Numbered from the stretch's first letter, positions 26,593-36,286 are shown. The stretch is DNA of 53,319 nt from a virus (IMGVR_UViG_3300013212_000038:1-53319); one strand, 5' to 3'. Numbers and translations: made by a program. The notes: generated from the letters alone by a model not told the origin.

Positions 26593-27657
26593 TCAGCCGA
26601 TCAGGGCCGAGCAAGCCACCTCAGCAACCGCCATGTGGAAGTTGTTGAGGATCACGGCAGCGCTGTAGCACTTCATGCCCAGCACGCCCTTCTGCGCCAG
26701 GATGTCGTCCTTGGTCGCCTCGGTCGCGGGCTTGTAGTTCACCTGCATCGAGTTGGCGCCGCGGAATCCCACGGACCCGAGGGCCTCCTGCGCCATTACG
26801 ACGATCGGATACACGTCGCAGTTGCCCGCGCCACCAGCGTTCGGCACACCGTTGGTCAGGCGGGTGTTGGCCGCGGCGGTGGTGCCAGCCTGCAGGTACG
26901 GCGTGAAGTGCGGCGACTGGATGAAGCGCACCTTGCCGAGCGAGCCGATCTCATCCGGGTCGATCAGGTCGGCCGAGCCACCCGGGTAGTCCTTGGCCTT
27001 CACGAAGCCCGGCAGGGCCTCCAGGTCGTAGCGCATGTCCGGGTGGGTCATGCCCACGTAGCAGGAGTCAATGGCGCGGGTCTCGTAGCCGGTCGAGGCT
27101 TTGAGCGAGCTGGTCACCAGCTCGGCCATGTTGTTCTCCAGGCCGCGGACGATGTTGGCGATCAGCGTCGCCGACACCAGGCCGTTGACCAGCGAACGCG
27201 AGGCCACGCCGGCGGCGTAGTAGACGTTCGTGCAGGCCTTGGCCTTGCCCCACTTGATCATCTCCAGCAGGAGGCCCGCGCGCTGGCCGGCGATCTTCTT
27301 CGTCTGCGCGGGGACGTCGTCCTCGTGCAGGTCTTCCACGCGGTCGGACCAGCGGTAGATGAACGCGTACTGGTCCAGCACCACGGGGATGTCCTGCGGC
27401 GTGATGCTGTCGGCCGTCGGGGTCTCGCCTTCGTTGATGCGGTGCGCACCGACCTGGACGTCCCACTTGTTCGGCGAGTTGACCGTAGCGCCCTTGGGCA
27501 GCCAGCGGCGGAAGATCATCTGCGTGCCAGCGTTGGCAGGCATCGGCTTGTTCATGCAGAACTTGCCGATCTTCTCCTTGGGGATGACGTGCTTGAGGAT
27601 GGCACCCTTGACGATGCCAACCCGTTGCGAGGTGTTGCTGAGGTTGTTGTCAGCCAT
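26593..27657 (-). CDS. Major capsid protein, N4-gp56 family
   Basis: KPMPANAGTQMIFRRW, INEGETP, THPDMRYDL, EIGSLGKVRFI, DILAQKG. Confidence 0.9.
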   Translation of the reverse strand: MADNNLSNTSQRVGIVKGAILKHVIPKEKIGKFCMNKPMPANAGTQMIFRRWLPKGATVNSPNKWDVQVGAHRINEGETPTADSITPQDIPVVLDQYAFIYRWSDRVEDLHEDDVPAQTKKIAGQRAGLLLEMIKWGKAKACTNVYYAAGVASRSLVNGLVSATLIANIVRGLENNMAELVTSSLKASTGYETRAIDSCYVGMTHPDMRYDLEALPGFVKAKDYPGGSADLIDPDEIGSLGKVRFIQSPHFTPYLQAGTTAAANTRLTNGVPNAGGAGNCDVYPIVVMAQEALGSVGFRGANSMQVNYKPATEATKDDILAQKGVLGMKCYSAAVILNNFHMAVAEVACSALIG

Positions 27658-27701
27658 GTGAGGCTCCTGTGTTGTGCAGGGCCTCAGGTGGCTGTCTCAG
27701 C

Positions 27702-28565
27702 TCACCCTTTGTCGAAGCCCACGCGCATCGCCTCTTCCTCGGTCATCACGCGCTTGCCCGTCGGCGCTCGCGCGTTGCCCGTGGGGACGACTGCGGCGGC
27801 GATGCGGCTATGGCGCACGGCGGCGTGGGAAGTGGCGGTTTGAAGTCCCTGGCGGTACTTGTCGAAGGCGCCGATCACCTTGAGCACGTCGCCGGCTGTC
27901 TCAGAGCGGTGGTAGGCCGCTTGGAGATCAGCGTCTTGGGTGGTGAGCCACAGCTTCAGGTCGGGGCTCTCCATGGTTTCGAACCAGTCCGGGCGGACTT
28001 GGTCGAGTGCGACCATGTGAGGGCTGACCTCCTGCTGCATCGGTGCCTGGGCCGGGGCCTGGGCGGGTGCAGCGGGAGCGGCTGGGGCGGCCACCGCGGG
28101 CGGTGCGCTCTGGATGGGCGGCAGCAACGCTGCAAGTTCCTCCAGTGCGTCCACTACCTCGGGCATGTCGGCGCCAAGGGTTTCCCTGGCGTGCTGCAGC
28201 TTGTCCAGCTTCGGCGCGGGCGCCGGTGCTTCGTTCAGCTTGTCAAATCGGCCTTGGAGCTGGCGGACCTGACCCTCAGCGCGGCGGGCACGTTCTTCCG
28301 TGGCGGCCAGCTGGGATTGAAGCGATGGGACTTCTGCGAGCAGCTTCCGAGCTGCCTCGGGGAGACCCGCGAAGGGATCGGTGACGGGCTGGTCGCTCGG
28401 ACTCGACGACGTGGTCTCCTGCGGGTCGGTCTCCTGCTGGCCGGCAGGAGGCGTCACCGTGGTGGCCGCCGTGGACGACGAACCCGTGGCGGATTGGTCG
28501 TCCTCAGTCGAATCGAAGCCGGCCTGCATTGCCGCGTCTTCGTCGTTCGGGGTGTTGGGGTCCAT
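27702..28565 (-). CDS. Scaffolding protein
   Basis: Acidic N-terminus, coiled coil, between portal and capsid; CAGGAG SD before ATG 28565. Confidence 0.75.
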   Translation of the reverse strand: MDPNTPNDEDAAMQAGFDSTEDDQSATGSSSTAATTVTPPAGQQETDPQETTSSSPSDQPVTDPFAGLPEAARKLLAEVPSLQSQLAATEERARRAEGQVRQLQGRFDKLNEAPAPAPKLDKLQHARETLGADMPEVVDALEELAALLPPIQSAPPAVAAPAAPAAPAQAPAQAPMQQEVSPHMVALDQVRPDWFETMESPDLKLWLTTQDADLQAAYHRSETAGDVLKVIGAFDKYRQGLQTATSHAAVRHSRIAAAVVPTGNARAPTGKRVMTEEEAMRVGFDKG

Positions 28566-28598
28566 TCTTTGCGCTCCTGTCAAGGGGTTGTGTGGGCG
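28564..28598 (-). promoter_or_regulatory. Putative late promoter C
   Basis: CGCCCACAC (28590-28598)-N20-AAGAAT (28564-28569). Confidence 0.7.
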
Positions 28599-28601
28599 GG
28601 A

Positions 28602-28829
28602 TCACGCGCCGTCGAGCTGGTCGGCGGCGGCCTTGCGGGTCGCCTCCGGCAGTTCGAGCAGCGTCTTGAGCAGGCCGATGCGCGCCCTCAGTCGCACGGC
28701 CTGGGTTGGTTTGTCGTCAAGGCCTTGGCCTTCGAGCGTTTGCCGGTCTGCGGCAAGCAGCTCCTCCAGGTGCGCTTCCACGCGGCCCCAGGCGTCGGTG
28801 CTGAAGTCCGACGGGTAGAAGCGGCTCAC
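28602..28829 (-). CDS. Small protein downstream of portal
   Basis: 75 aa, RLRARIGLLKTLLELP, coupled to the portal stop. Confidence 0.7.
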   Translation of the reverse strand: MSRFYPSDFSTDAWGRVEAHLEELLAADRQTLEGQGLDDKPTQAVRLRARIGLLKTLLELPEATRKAAADQLDGA

Positions 28830-31078
28830 AGGCCTCTCCCGTGGCCGGCCGACATGGCGAAGTTCATCTCGGCGGCAAAGCGCTCGCGGCCGTCGCGGAT
28901 CTTCATCGCTGCCTCGGCCAGCGTGGCGCGGATCTGCTCGGCGGTGAGGTTGCGGTCGCGGGCCGACTCCAGCACCTGCACCTGCAGGTCGATGTCCTTG
29001 AGCGCCTTGTCCCAGATGGCTTGCTGCTTGGCCATGGCCGCCTTGAACTGCCGCTCCTGCTCCTCGCTCTCGCGGCGGGACTTCTCGCGGTCTGCATCGG
29101 ACTTCGCCTTGATGGTCGCGGCCTGCACGCGCGGGTCCTGCTGGCCCTGCTGCTGCTCGGCCATCTGCTGCTTCTCTTCGTCGGTGAGCTTGACGTCGTC
29201 GGGGTCGATCTCGACCGCGCGCAGCACCTGCTCTGCGGTGCGCTCAGGGCTGAGGCCGAAAGCGGGATTGCCTGCCATGGGCGCGGCGATCTGCTGCAGG
29301 GCCACGGCCTTGCGGTCGCGGTGGATCAGGGTCGTGGCGCCGATGCCCACGCACTTGAAGTCACCCTTGGCGTCCTTGCTGACGTTCGGGTCCTGCATGC
29401 CCCAGTCGTAGAAGTCCGAGACCAGCGGGCCCACCACCTCGTCGTACTCCTTGGCGATGTCCAGCAGCGGGCTCGCGGCGTTGGCCTCCAGCATCTCCAT
29501 GCCGCCCAGGGTGTCGGGGCTGGCGCCGGTGATGCCCTGCATCAGCAGCGGGATGTTGGCGAGCTGGTCAGCCCACTCCTGAGCCATGACGATGATGGCC
29601 GCCAGCTGGGCCTGCACGTTCGGCACCGTGTAGAGCTGAAAGGCCTTGCGCACGTCGTCGATGCCCTGCTCAATCGACGGTGTGAAGGTGAACATGCTGT
29701 CCCGGTTGAGCCGGTACTGCTGGTTCATGGCCTGCACCAGGCCCTCGGCCATGACCGTGATCGAGCCCGCCGACTGGCCGGCGTTCTCCGACATGGCGCG
29801 CACGGCGGCGATGTGCAGCAGCTGGGCCGTGGCAATCTGGATGGGCACGCCCTCGCCCCAGGGCCGGTCCTCGACCTCCGACCACCGGAAGAAGCGGTAG
29901 GGGAAGCCGCCCTTCTCGTTCGGGTTCAGCACCACCTTGACGATGCGGCCGTTGATCATGGTCGCGACGATGGGCACGCTGGCCAGCGTCATCGCCATCT
30001 CGAGCTGTTTCTGGAGCGCCAGCGCCGCCTGGTCAGCCTCCAGGTCGCCGGGCGGCAGGGTCAGCGCCGGCACCTGGTAGCCGCAGCCGATCAGCGTCTT
30101 GGGGGAGATGCTGGCGTAGAGGTAGAAGGTCTCGAAGGTGCTGCGGTCGTGGATGCGCACTTGGCCGGCGCGCTCGTCCTTGTAGCGGTCGTCGAAGCGG
30201 CTCCAGGACTGCGGGCCTTCCTTCAGCACCGTGGCCAGTTCGTCGGGCTCGTAGCCGGGCGAGTTGGCGAGCTCGCGCACCTGGCTCTCACCGAGGTAGT
30301 CGCGCTCGATGAAGAAGCGGCCGTTGTGGATGTTCTCCCCGCAGCTCGGGTCCGGGTAGCAGTTCTTCGCCTTCTTGGCCGAGATCCGCGGCGCCACCTT
30401 GAAGGTGGTGTCGATCACAGCCACGCCGTCGACGATGGACCACTTGCGCACCTCCACGTTGGTGGGGTACGGGCCTTTGATCACGCCGGTGCCGATGCGG
30501 GCGCCGTCCTTGATCATCTTGCGCAGCTCGGCGTAGGCGGTCTTGCCGCGGTAGATCGTGCTGTCGGTCAGCCAGTCGTCGATCTGGTCGGCCATGCGTT
30601 TGGCCTTGTCCTTGAGCATCTGCTTGGCGGCCTTGGCCACCTGGGATGCTTCCACCTGTTCGCCGCTGGCCAGCTTCACCGGCGTCTTGCTGCCGCCGGC
30701 AATGGCCTCATCGAACTCCGGCACCGGCGTAGGCCGGCACTCCCACGGCCGCATGTCGCCGGGCAGCACGCGACGGATGATCTGGCTGGCCGCGATGTTG
30801 GTCTTGGGCTTGGTGATGTTGATCACCAGCTGGCTTTTGCCGGGCTTCGGGGGCTGGCGCTTGACCGGGATGTCCTCGGTGCCCTCCTCCGGGTAGCGGC
30901 CGGCGTAGAGGTCTTCCGCCAGGCGCCACTCTTCCTCGATGCCCGACTGCTCGCGGGCCTGGGTGGCCTCGCGCAGCCAGTCCAGGAACAGGCCTTGGAC
31001 CTGCAGGCGGCCCTGCTCTCGCAGCTTGTCGCGCTCCTGGTCCTCGGTCTGGGTCGGGTCTTGGGTGTCCATGTCCAT
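28826..31078 (-). CDS. Portal protein
   Basis: 750 aa after TerL; GTGVIKGPY, YPDP, WGEGVP, C-terminal Gln-rich helical barrel. Confidence 0.88.
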   Translation of the reverse strand: MDMDTQDPTQTEDQERDKLREQGRLQVQGLFLDWLREATQAREQSGIEEEWRLAEDLYAGRYPEEGTEDIPVKRQPPKPGKSQLVINITKPKTNIAASQIIRRVLPGDMRPWECRPTPVPEFDEAIAGGSKTPVKLASGEQVEASQVAKAAKQMLKDKAKRMADQIDDWLTDSTIYRGKTAYAELRKMIKDGARIGTGVIKGPYPTNVEVRKWSIVDGVAVIDTTFKVAPRISAKKAKNCYPDPSCGENIHNGRFFIERDYLGESQVRELANSPGYEPDELATVLKEGPQSWSRFDDRYKDERAGQVRIHDRSTFETFYLYASISPKTLIGCGYQVPALTLPPGDLEADQAALALQKQLEMAMTLASVPIVATMINGRIVKVVLNPNEKGGFPYRFFRWSEVEDRPWGEGVPIQIATAQLLHIAAVRAMSENAGQSAGSITVMAEGLVQAMNQQYRLNRDSMFTFTPSIEQGIDDVRKAFQLYTVPNVQAQLAAIIVMAQEWADQLANIPLLMQGITGASPDTLGGMEMLEANAASPLLDIAKEYDEVVGPLVSDFYDWGMQDPNVSKDAKGDFKCVGIGATTLIHRDRKAVALQQIAAPMAGNPAFGLSPERTAEQVLRAVEIDPDDVKLTDEEKQQMAEQQQGQQDPRVQAATIKAKSDADREKSRRESEEQERQFKAAMAKQQAIWDKALKDIDLQVQVLESARDRNLTAEQIRATLAEAAMKIRDGRERFAAEMNFAMSAGHGRGL

Positions 31079-31079
31079 G

Positions 31080-32618
31080 TCAGAAGCCTGTGTAGTTGTC
31101 GGGTTCGTGGGTGCCGAGCTGAGACAGCGGGATCGGCTTTCTGGGCTTCGGCGGGTTGCCGACCAGGTTCATGCCGCGCACGGCGATGGACAGCACGTCG
31201 ACGGCGTCGTCGTGGGCGCCGGCCGGGAACGCGAGGCACTGGGAGATGACCCGCTCATGCCAGCCTGAGCGCACGGGGAACTTGATCGAGCCCATGCTGG
31301 CCATGGCCTGGGCGCCGCCTGCGCGCACTTCCTTGTCGACCGTGCTGGCCAGCCACTCCATGCGAACCTTGGCGTTGCGTTTGATGGCCCGGGCGGTCAT
31401 GTACGGCTCGACGGCGCGGCGGATGACGCCCGACTCGCCGATCCAGCAAAGCGGCTTGTGCTTGACGATCAGGTCGCACCACTTCTCGATCCAGACATCT
31501 GACGTGGTCTGCCCGTACCACCAGTCCAGCACCCAGAGGCGGTCGTCATCGTCCAGGCCGAAGATGCCGTGCTCGGTGTAGTCGCCACCGTCCGGCGTGA
31601 CGGCGTAGTCGCTGGCGCCGAAGATCCGCAGGCCCGGGATGGTTCGCTCGTAGCGGTAGTCGAACCACTCGCGCTTGAAGAAGGTGCCCTCGTCGTTCGT
31701 CGGCTTCTGCTGGAACAGGGCGTTCCAGGTGCGCTGGTTGGCCTTGAAGCGCTCGAAGTGCCCGGGCTTGAACCACTCCGGCCACAGCGGCTCCCCAATC
31801 TGGCGGCCCAGCGGGTCATCGGGGCGGTCAGCCTCGGCCGGCACGCGCAGGACGAACCAGTCCAGCCCGTCGCGGCCACGCATCCAGCCGCTCTCGCCAT
31901 CCCAGTCAGCGGGCAGGATGCCGCCGGAGAGGTCGTCCTGGTGCCAGCGGGTCTGGATGATGGTGGTCGTGCCGCCCGGCATCAGGCGGGTGGTCAGGTC
32001 GTCCTCGTAGGCCTCGCGGGTCTTCTTGCGGATGGTGGCGCTGTCGGCCTCGTCGCGGCCTGCCATGGGGTCATCGATCAGCAGGTCCGTCGCGCGGTTG
32101 CCGGTCATGCCGGCCAGGATGCCGCCGGCCATGTACTCGCTGCCGTTGTCCAGCGCCCACTCTTCCACCGACTGGTTGCCAGCGACAAGGCCGGTGCCGA
32201 ATATGGGGCGGTACTTGGCGCTGCGGACGATGGCGCGCGTCTTGCGGCTCTGCTTCCAGGCAATGCCCGAGGCGTAGCTGGCCAGGATGATGCGTGAGCC
32301 CTTGCGGCCGCCCATGATGCGGGCCGGGTGCACGACGCTGGTGTACGTGCTCTTGGCGCTGCCCGGCGGCATGAAAACCATCAGCTGCTTGATCTTGCGC
32401 TCGTACACCTGGTCCAGGGCCGCCATCAGCACGCGGTGATGCAGCGCCACCTGGGTCTCGATGGGCTCGAACAACCAGTCGGCCTCGTCCTCGTCCTCAG
32501 CCATGGGCTTGCCCGGGACGTCGATCGCCTGGGTGAAGTTGGCCATGCTGAGCCGCGCCTGCTTGCGGCGCAGGACTTCAGCTGCGGCCTGCTGCGGCGA
32601 TGGCGCGGAGTTCGTCAT
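31080..32618 (-). CDS. terL: Terminase large subunit
   Basis: Walker A MPPGSAKST, Walker B LLIDD, QTRWHQDD, ALFQQKP, nuclease ASDYA and HDDAVD. Confidence 0.95.
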   Translation of the reverse strand: MTNSAPSPQQAAAEVLRRKQARLSMANFTQAIDVPGKPMAEDEDEADWLFEPIETQVALHHRVLMAALDQVYERKIKQLMVFMPPGSAKSTYTSVVHPARIMGGRKGSRIILASYASGIAWKQSRKTRAIVRSAKYRPIFGTGLVAGNQSVEEWALDNGSEYMAGGILAGMTGNRATDLLIDDPMAGRDEADSATIRKKTREAYEDDLTTRLMPGGTTTIIQTRWHQDDLSGGILPADWDGESGWMRGRDGLDWFVLRVPAEADRPDDPLGRQIGEPLWPEWFKPGHFERFKANQRTWNALFQQKPTNDEGTFFKREWFDYRYERTIPGLRIFGASDYAVTPDGGDYTEHGIFGLDDDDRLWVLDWWYGQTTSDVWIEKWCDLIVKHKPLCWIGESGVIRRAVEPYMTARAIKRNAKVRMEWLASTVDKEVRAGGAQAMASMGSIKFPVRSGWHERVISQCLAFPAGAHDDAVDVLSIAVRGMNLVGNPPKPRKPIPLSQLGTHEPDNYTGF

Positions 32619-33339
32619 CCGTCATCTCGTACTTGTTGGCGGGTGCTTCGTCGCCCTTCGGCGGCTTCCCGGACTCGTCGTCGATCCCGAAGGCCAGGCG
32701 CTCGGCCCGGACCAGCTTGTCGATGGCGTCGGCCAGCGTCTTGACGCTGCTGACCTTGGTGTGCACAGAGGTGACCTTGCGGATGGTCCGCAGCATCTCC
32801 TCAGGGTCTTCACCACCGACGATCTCGGCCAACCGCTCAAGATCGCCCTTGGCACTGCCGAGCAGCTTCAGCTCCTCCATCAGGTCTGACGCCAGGGCGA
32901 TGGCGCTGGCGACGTGCTTGCGATGGCCCAGGATCACCTGCTTGTTGACCTCGGCCGCAGCAAGAACGGTCTCTGCTGCGTTCTGCTGCGCATCGCTGCA
33001 TTTCTGCTGGACCTGCGCCTGGATCAGAGCGGCGTTCGTGGCCTGGCGTACGGCGTTGGACAGGTCGGCGCTCCACCCTTCCCGCTTGGCGCGGCGCATG
33101 ATGGTGGTGTTGGGCACGCCGTGCTTCGTCTCCAGCTCGCGGAAGGTGAAGCGCCCGGTACGGAAGTCGCGCTCGATCGCATCCCAGTCGGCGGCCTTGG
33201 CGGCCTGGGTGGGCTTCGGCGGTGGCGTCGGTTTCTTCGGGGCGGCCTTCTTGGCCGGCGGTGCAGCCTTGGCCGCCACCTTGCGCGCCGGCGCCCGCTT
33301 GGGTGCGGGCTTCTTCGGGGTGGGCTTCTTGGTGGCCAT
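32578..33339 (-). CDS. terS: Terminase small subunit
   Basis: DWDAIERDFRTG HTH, RRAKREGW, AERLAFGID; upstream of and overlapping TerL. Confidence 0.85.
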   Translation of the reverse strand: MATKKPTPKKPAPKRAPARKVAAKAAPPAKKAAPKKPTPPPKPTQAAKAADWDAIERDFRTGRFTFRELETKHGVPNTTIMRRAKREGWSADLSNAVRQATNAALIQAQVQQKCSDAQQNAAETVLAAAEVNKQVILGHRKHVASAIALASDLMEELKLLGSAKGDLERLAEIVGGEDPEEMLRTIRKVTSVHTKVSSVKTLADAIDKLVRAERLAFGIDDESGKPPKGDEAPANKYEMTDDELRAIAAAGRS

Positions 33340-33341
33340 GG

Positions 33342-33572
33342 TCAGGTGCGCTCGAACACCACCGTCCACGGGCCGTTGTGGCCTTCGCGCTGCTCCACGC
33401 GGCCGATCTCGGGCCGGCGGGCCGCGGCCTCGCGTTCCATCTGCGCCGCGTGTTCGCCCTTGCCCCAGGCGTGGAAGGCCTGCTCACCCGGCTGGTAGCG
33501 GGTGGGGTTGGGGTTGCCCTGGGCCTCGGTGCTGTAGAAGGCTCGGGTCTCGATGTGGACGGGGCCGCTCAC
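33342..33572 (-). CDS. Hypothetical protein
   Basis: GTG start overlapping the upstream stop; MSGPVHIETRAF... Confidence 0.55.
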   Translation of the reverse strand: MSGPVHIETRAFYSTEAQGNPNPTRYQPGEQAFHAWGKGEHAAQMEREAAARRPEIGRVEQREGHNGPWTVVFERT

Positions 33573-33781
33573 GGCTGCTCTCCGTTGGCGACGCGAAGGG
33601 CCCGCTCGGGCACAAACTCGCCCGACTTGATCTGCACCAGGCAGCCGCCGAGGGCGCCGTACTTGGTGACGCGATCGGGCCAGCGTTGGCTGCATGCCAG
33701 GCTGCCGATCGCCATGTCAACGCCGAGCACCGTGCCGGCCACGGCCAGCAGGAATGCAGCCATGATCAGGAGCGCTCTCAT
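33569..33781 (-). CDS. Small membrane/secreted protein
   Basis: 70 aa, hydrophobic N-terminus, AAGGAG SD. Confidence 0.65.
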   Translation of the reverse strand: MRALLIMAAFLLAVAGTVLGVDMAIGSLACSQRWPDRVTKYGALGGCLVQIKSGEFVPERALRVANGEQP

Positions 33782-33818
33782 GAGTCGACTCCTTCAATCC
33801 GAATGGGGTGGGACATGC

Positions 33819-33989
33819 TCAGGACTTTCGAAGGGGTGGAACGCGGAAGCAGCCCGCGGCGCCAGTGCCCTGGGCCCGGGCTGGCGGTTGCGCGGTCACC
33901 GGGCGTCGATGGGGGCAGTCAACATGGGCGCACTCACGCCCGGGGCCGTTGACGGCCTTCTCATCGCGCCGGCAGACCGCGCAGGCCAT
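33819..33989 (-). CDS. Small Cys/His-rich protein (not in the ORF track)
   Basis: MACAVCRRDEKAVNGPGRECAHVDCPHRR..., 56 aa, fills the gap between genes. Confidence 0.45.
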   Translation of the reverse strand: MACAVCRRDEKAVNGPGRECAHVDCPHRRPVTAQPPARAQGTGAAGCFRVPPLRKS

Positions 33990-33992
33990 GGG

Positions 33993-34982
33993 TCAGGTCG
34001 TGGCCGGCTCTTCGGGGGCCTTGCCGCTATCGCTGGCGGAGCCTTCGGGCGGCAGGCTGGCGACGGCATCGGCCAGCTGCTTGGCGTCGGCAGCGACCTG
34101 CTCGATCGGCGACTGGCCCTCGGTAGTGAGCGCAGCCAGCTCGGCAGGCGACAGCTCGATGTCCTCCCACCCTTCCGAGGCATTGAATGTCCCCGTGCCG
34201 TCGTCTTCAACCGGGCCCAGCACCGACAGCACCACGTCGCGGCCTTCGTGGTTCACGTTCACCAGGTGGATGCGGATAGCCTTGTCCGAGTCGCCGCCGA
34301 ACGGGAACTCGGCTTGAACGTGGTCGGTCGGGACCAGGGTCTCGCCCTGCTCCACCCACTTGCGGTAGGCATTCGGGACCAGCGGGCTGTTGCGCAAGCC
34401 GGGGAGCGTGGAGCTGACATGGGCGGCGAGGGCCGGATCCGGCGCGGCAGCGCGGCCCTTTTCAGCCTCCGCATTGATTGCGGCGCTGGCCGCTTGAACG
34501 GCACCCTCGGGCTGCTCCAAGCCCATGTAGCCATCGGAGATGGTCTTCAGCACCGATGCAGGCAGTTCGCCTGGATCGACGCCGCGCTCGCCCAGGTAGG
34601 TCAGCGTCAAGGCGTCCGCCTCGGCCCGGGTGATCTTCGCTTTGCCACTGGACTCAGCCTCGCCGGTGGTGCCCACGTCGGCCGCCTGCTTGGCCTGGCC
34701 GAGTTGGTACGGCATCCACGCGGCATAGGGGCCTTCGCTGGTGTGCGGCACCGGGTCGTCTTCCTGCAGCAGCTGCACGCTGGTGCGGCGGAACTGCGCG
34801 CCGGCCTGGTCCACGACGGACAGGTTGACCAGGCGATCGCTGAAGACGTAGGCGACCGTGGCGGCGAGAGGCTGGCCTTGGTCGTAGATGGCGATCTGCT
34901 TGGCGTCGATCTCGTGCTGGCTGGGGTAGTACCAGACGACGCGGCCGGGGGTCGGGGGGATCAGCTTGGACATGGTGGTCAC
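33993..34982 (-). CDS. Hypothetical phage protein
   Basis: PTPGRVVWY..PLAATVAYV..VNLSV..WMPYQ N-terminal domain plus acidic extension; start may be ATG 34973. Confidence 0.75.
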   Translation of the reverse strand: MTTMSKLIPPTPGRVVWYYPSQHEIDAKQIAIYDQGQPLAATVAYVFSDRLVNLSVVDQAGAQFRRTSVQLLQEDDPVPHTSEGPYAAWMPYQLGQAKQAADVGTTGEAESSGKAKITRAEADALTLTYLGERGVDPGELPASVLKTISDGYMGLEQPEGAVQAASAAINAEAEKGRAAAPDPALAAHVSSTLPGLRNSPLVPNAYRKWVEQGETLVPTDHVQAEFPFGGDSDKAIRIHLVNVNHEGRDVVLSVLGPVEDDGTGTFNASEGWEDIELSPAELAALTTEGQSPIEQVAADAKQLADAVASLPPEGSASDSGKAPEEPATT

Positions 34983-35182
34983 TCCTTGGGTTGGGCGGGC
35001 TTGCCGGTGAGAAAGCTGTGGAAGGCTTCGGCCTGCGCGACGATGTCGGCGGCCGAGAGCGCGCCTTGCGACTCCGCCGCCTTGACGGCGAAGCTGAGGG
35101 CCTCGCGGCGCTTGTCGTAGGCCAGAGGGTCAGGCGGCAGTTCGAAGCCAGCGGCTGCGAGAGCGGATTGCTCGGTGGACAT
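34979..35182 (-). CDS. Hypothetical protein
   Basis: 67 aa, AGGAG SD, RREALSFAV..AEAFHSFL. Confidence 0.7.
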   Translation of the reverse strand: MSTEQSALAAAGFELPPDPLAYDKRREALSFAVKAAESQGALSAADIVAQAEAFHSFLTGKPAQPKE

Positions 35183-35440
35183 GGGACTCTCCTGACGGGT
35201 TGACGATGAGGTGCCGAGCCATCGGACTTACCCACGCGGGCTGGCTCAGCGTGTCGGCATGCCGTCGGGTTGATGGCGCCCCGCTGGCTTCCGCTCTGCC
35301 GTTCTCTGCACGTCAGCGACCCAGGCAGCGCTGGGTGAAAGTCCCGCGGCATTTGCCCCTGCCGCGGCCAGACGCTGGTTCTGGTTGCCCGGGGTCACGC
35401 ATCTGGAAAGCGTTCAGGTCGTTGCGGGTCGGGCCGGGCC

Positions 35441-35475
35441 ATTCTTTGGGGCCGTGTGTGGGCGCTGTGTGGGCG
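35441..35475 (-). promoter_or_regulatory. Putative late promoter D
   Basis: CGCCCACAC (35467-35475)-N20-AAGAAT (35441-35446); second CGCCCACAC copy 11 bp downstream (35456-35464). Confidence 0.72.
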
Positions 35476-35484
35476 CGTGAGGGC

Positions 35485-35515
35485 AAAGAAAAAGGCCTCC
35501 GCGTGGGAGGCCTCT
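35485..35515 (-). terminator. Rho-independent terminator
   Basis: AGAGGCCTCC-CACGC-GGAGGCCTTTTTCTTT on the minus strand. Confidence 0.85.
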
Positions 35516-35532
35516 TCATCGCCGCGCGTCGG

Positions 35533-35820
35533 TCAGACGCTGGGACACATGCGCCAGCTGTCCTCGATGCGCGGGGCTTGGCGCTTCACCTGCCGGCGCT
35601 GGTTCTCACGGTGCACGACGAAGCCGCGAAGGCTGGCGGTGGGCTGCTCGTTCTTGGCAGGAGCCGGGCCGGAGATGACCTTCAGGGCCAGGCCGCCCAG
35701 CCAGTCGCGGGCCGCGCTACAGGTGCTGATGACGACGTCAGCGACAGCATGGAAGGCAGCGCTCGCAGCGGCGAACGCAACGGCGGCCAGCAGGCCGATG
35801 GAGATGCGCTTGGAGATCAT
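35533..35820 (-). CDS. Hypothetical membrane/secreted protein
   Basis: ATG 35820 with GAGGA SD; signal-like N-terminus MISKRISIGLLAAVAFAAA. Confidence 0.65.
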   Translation of the reverse strand: MISKRISIGLLAAVAFAAASAAFHAVADVVISTCSAARDWLGGLALKVISGPAPAKNEQPTASLRGFVVHRENQRRQVKRQAPRIEDSWRMCPSV

Positions 35821-35887
35821 GGGTTCCTCGGTTGATGTTGCCGTGGCTGGCGGCACTGCCCCTTGCCATGACGGGGAAAGCGCGCCC

Positions 35888-35921
35888 AGTCTCACGGTTC
35901 CGTACTGGCGCTGTGTGGGCG
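35888..35921 (-). promoter_or_regulatory. Putative late promoter E
   Basis: CGCCCACAC (35913-35921)-N19-GAGACT (35888-35893). Confidence 0.6.
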
Positions 35922-35923
35922 GC

Positions 35924-36256
35924 TCAGTGCTGCTGCAGCTCATGCAGCGCAGCCTGGGCGGCAGCCTCGCCGACGGCCTGCGGCACCACCGACAGGCGCA
36001 GGCCCTCGGCTGTGTCCTCGCGGTGCAGGGTCTGGCCGAGCACGGCGACTTGGTCAGCCCCGGTCAGCGTCACCGGCCCGCCCAGGCGCAGCAGCAGGGC
36101 CACGTTGAACTGCGTGCTCACCTCCAGCGACTGCATGAGGCCCTTGGTTAGGTCGTCGTTGACGTCGAGCTGGCGCAGCGCGTTGTTGAGGTCGTTGCGG
36201 AGCTTGTCGATCTGCGCCTGCAGGGCGACGATGTGCTTCTGGTTGGCGGTGGCCAT
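35924..36256 (-). CDS. Hypothetical coiled-coil protein
   Basis: 110 aa, GGAGA SD. Confidence 0.7.
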   Translation of the reverse strand: MATANQKHIVALQAQIDKLRNDLNNALRQLDVNDDLTKGLMQSLEVSTQFNVALLLRLGGPVTLTGADQVAVLGQTLHREDTAEGLRLSVVPQAVGEAAAQAALHELQQH

Positions 36257-36286
36257 GGGTTTCTCCAGGGTTGAGGGCGGGCGGGA

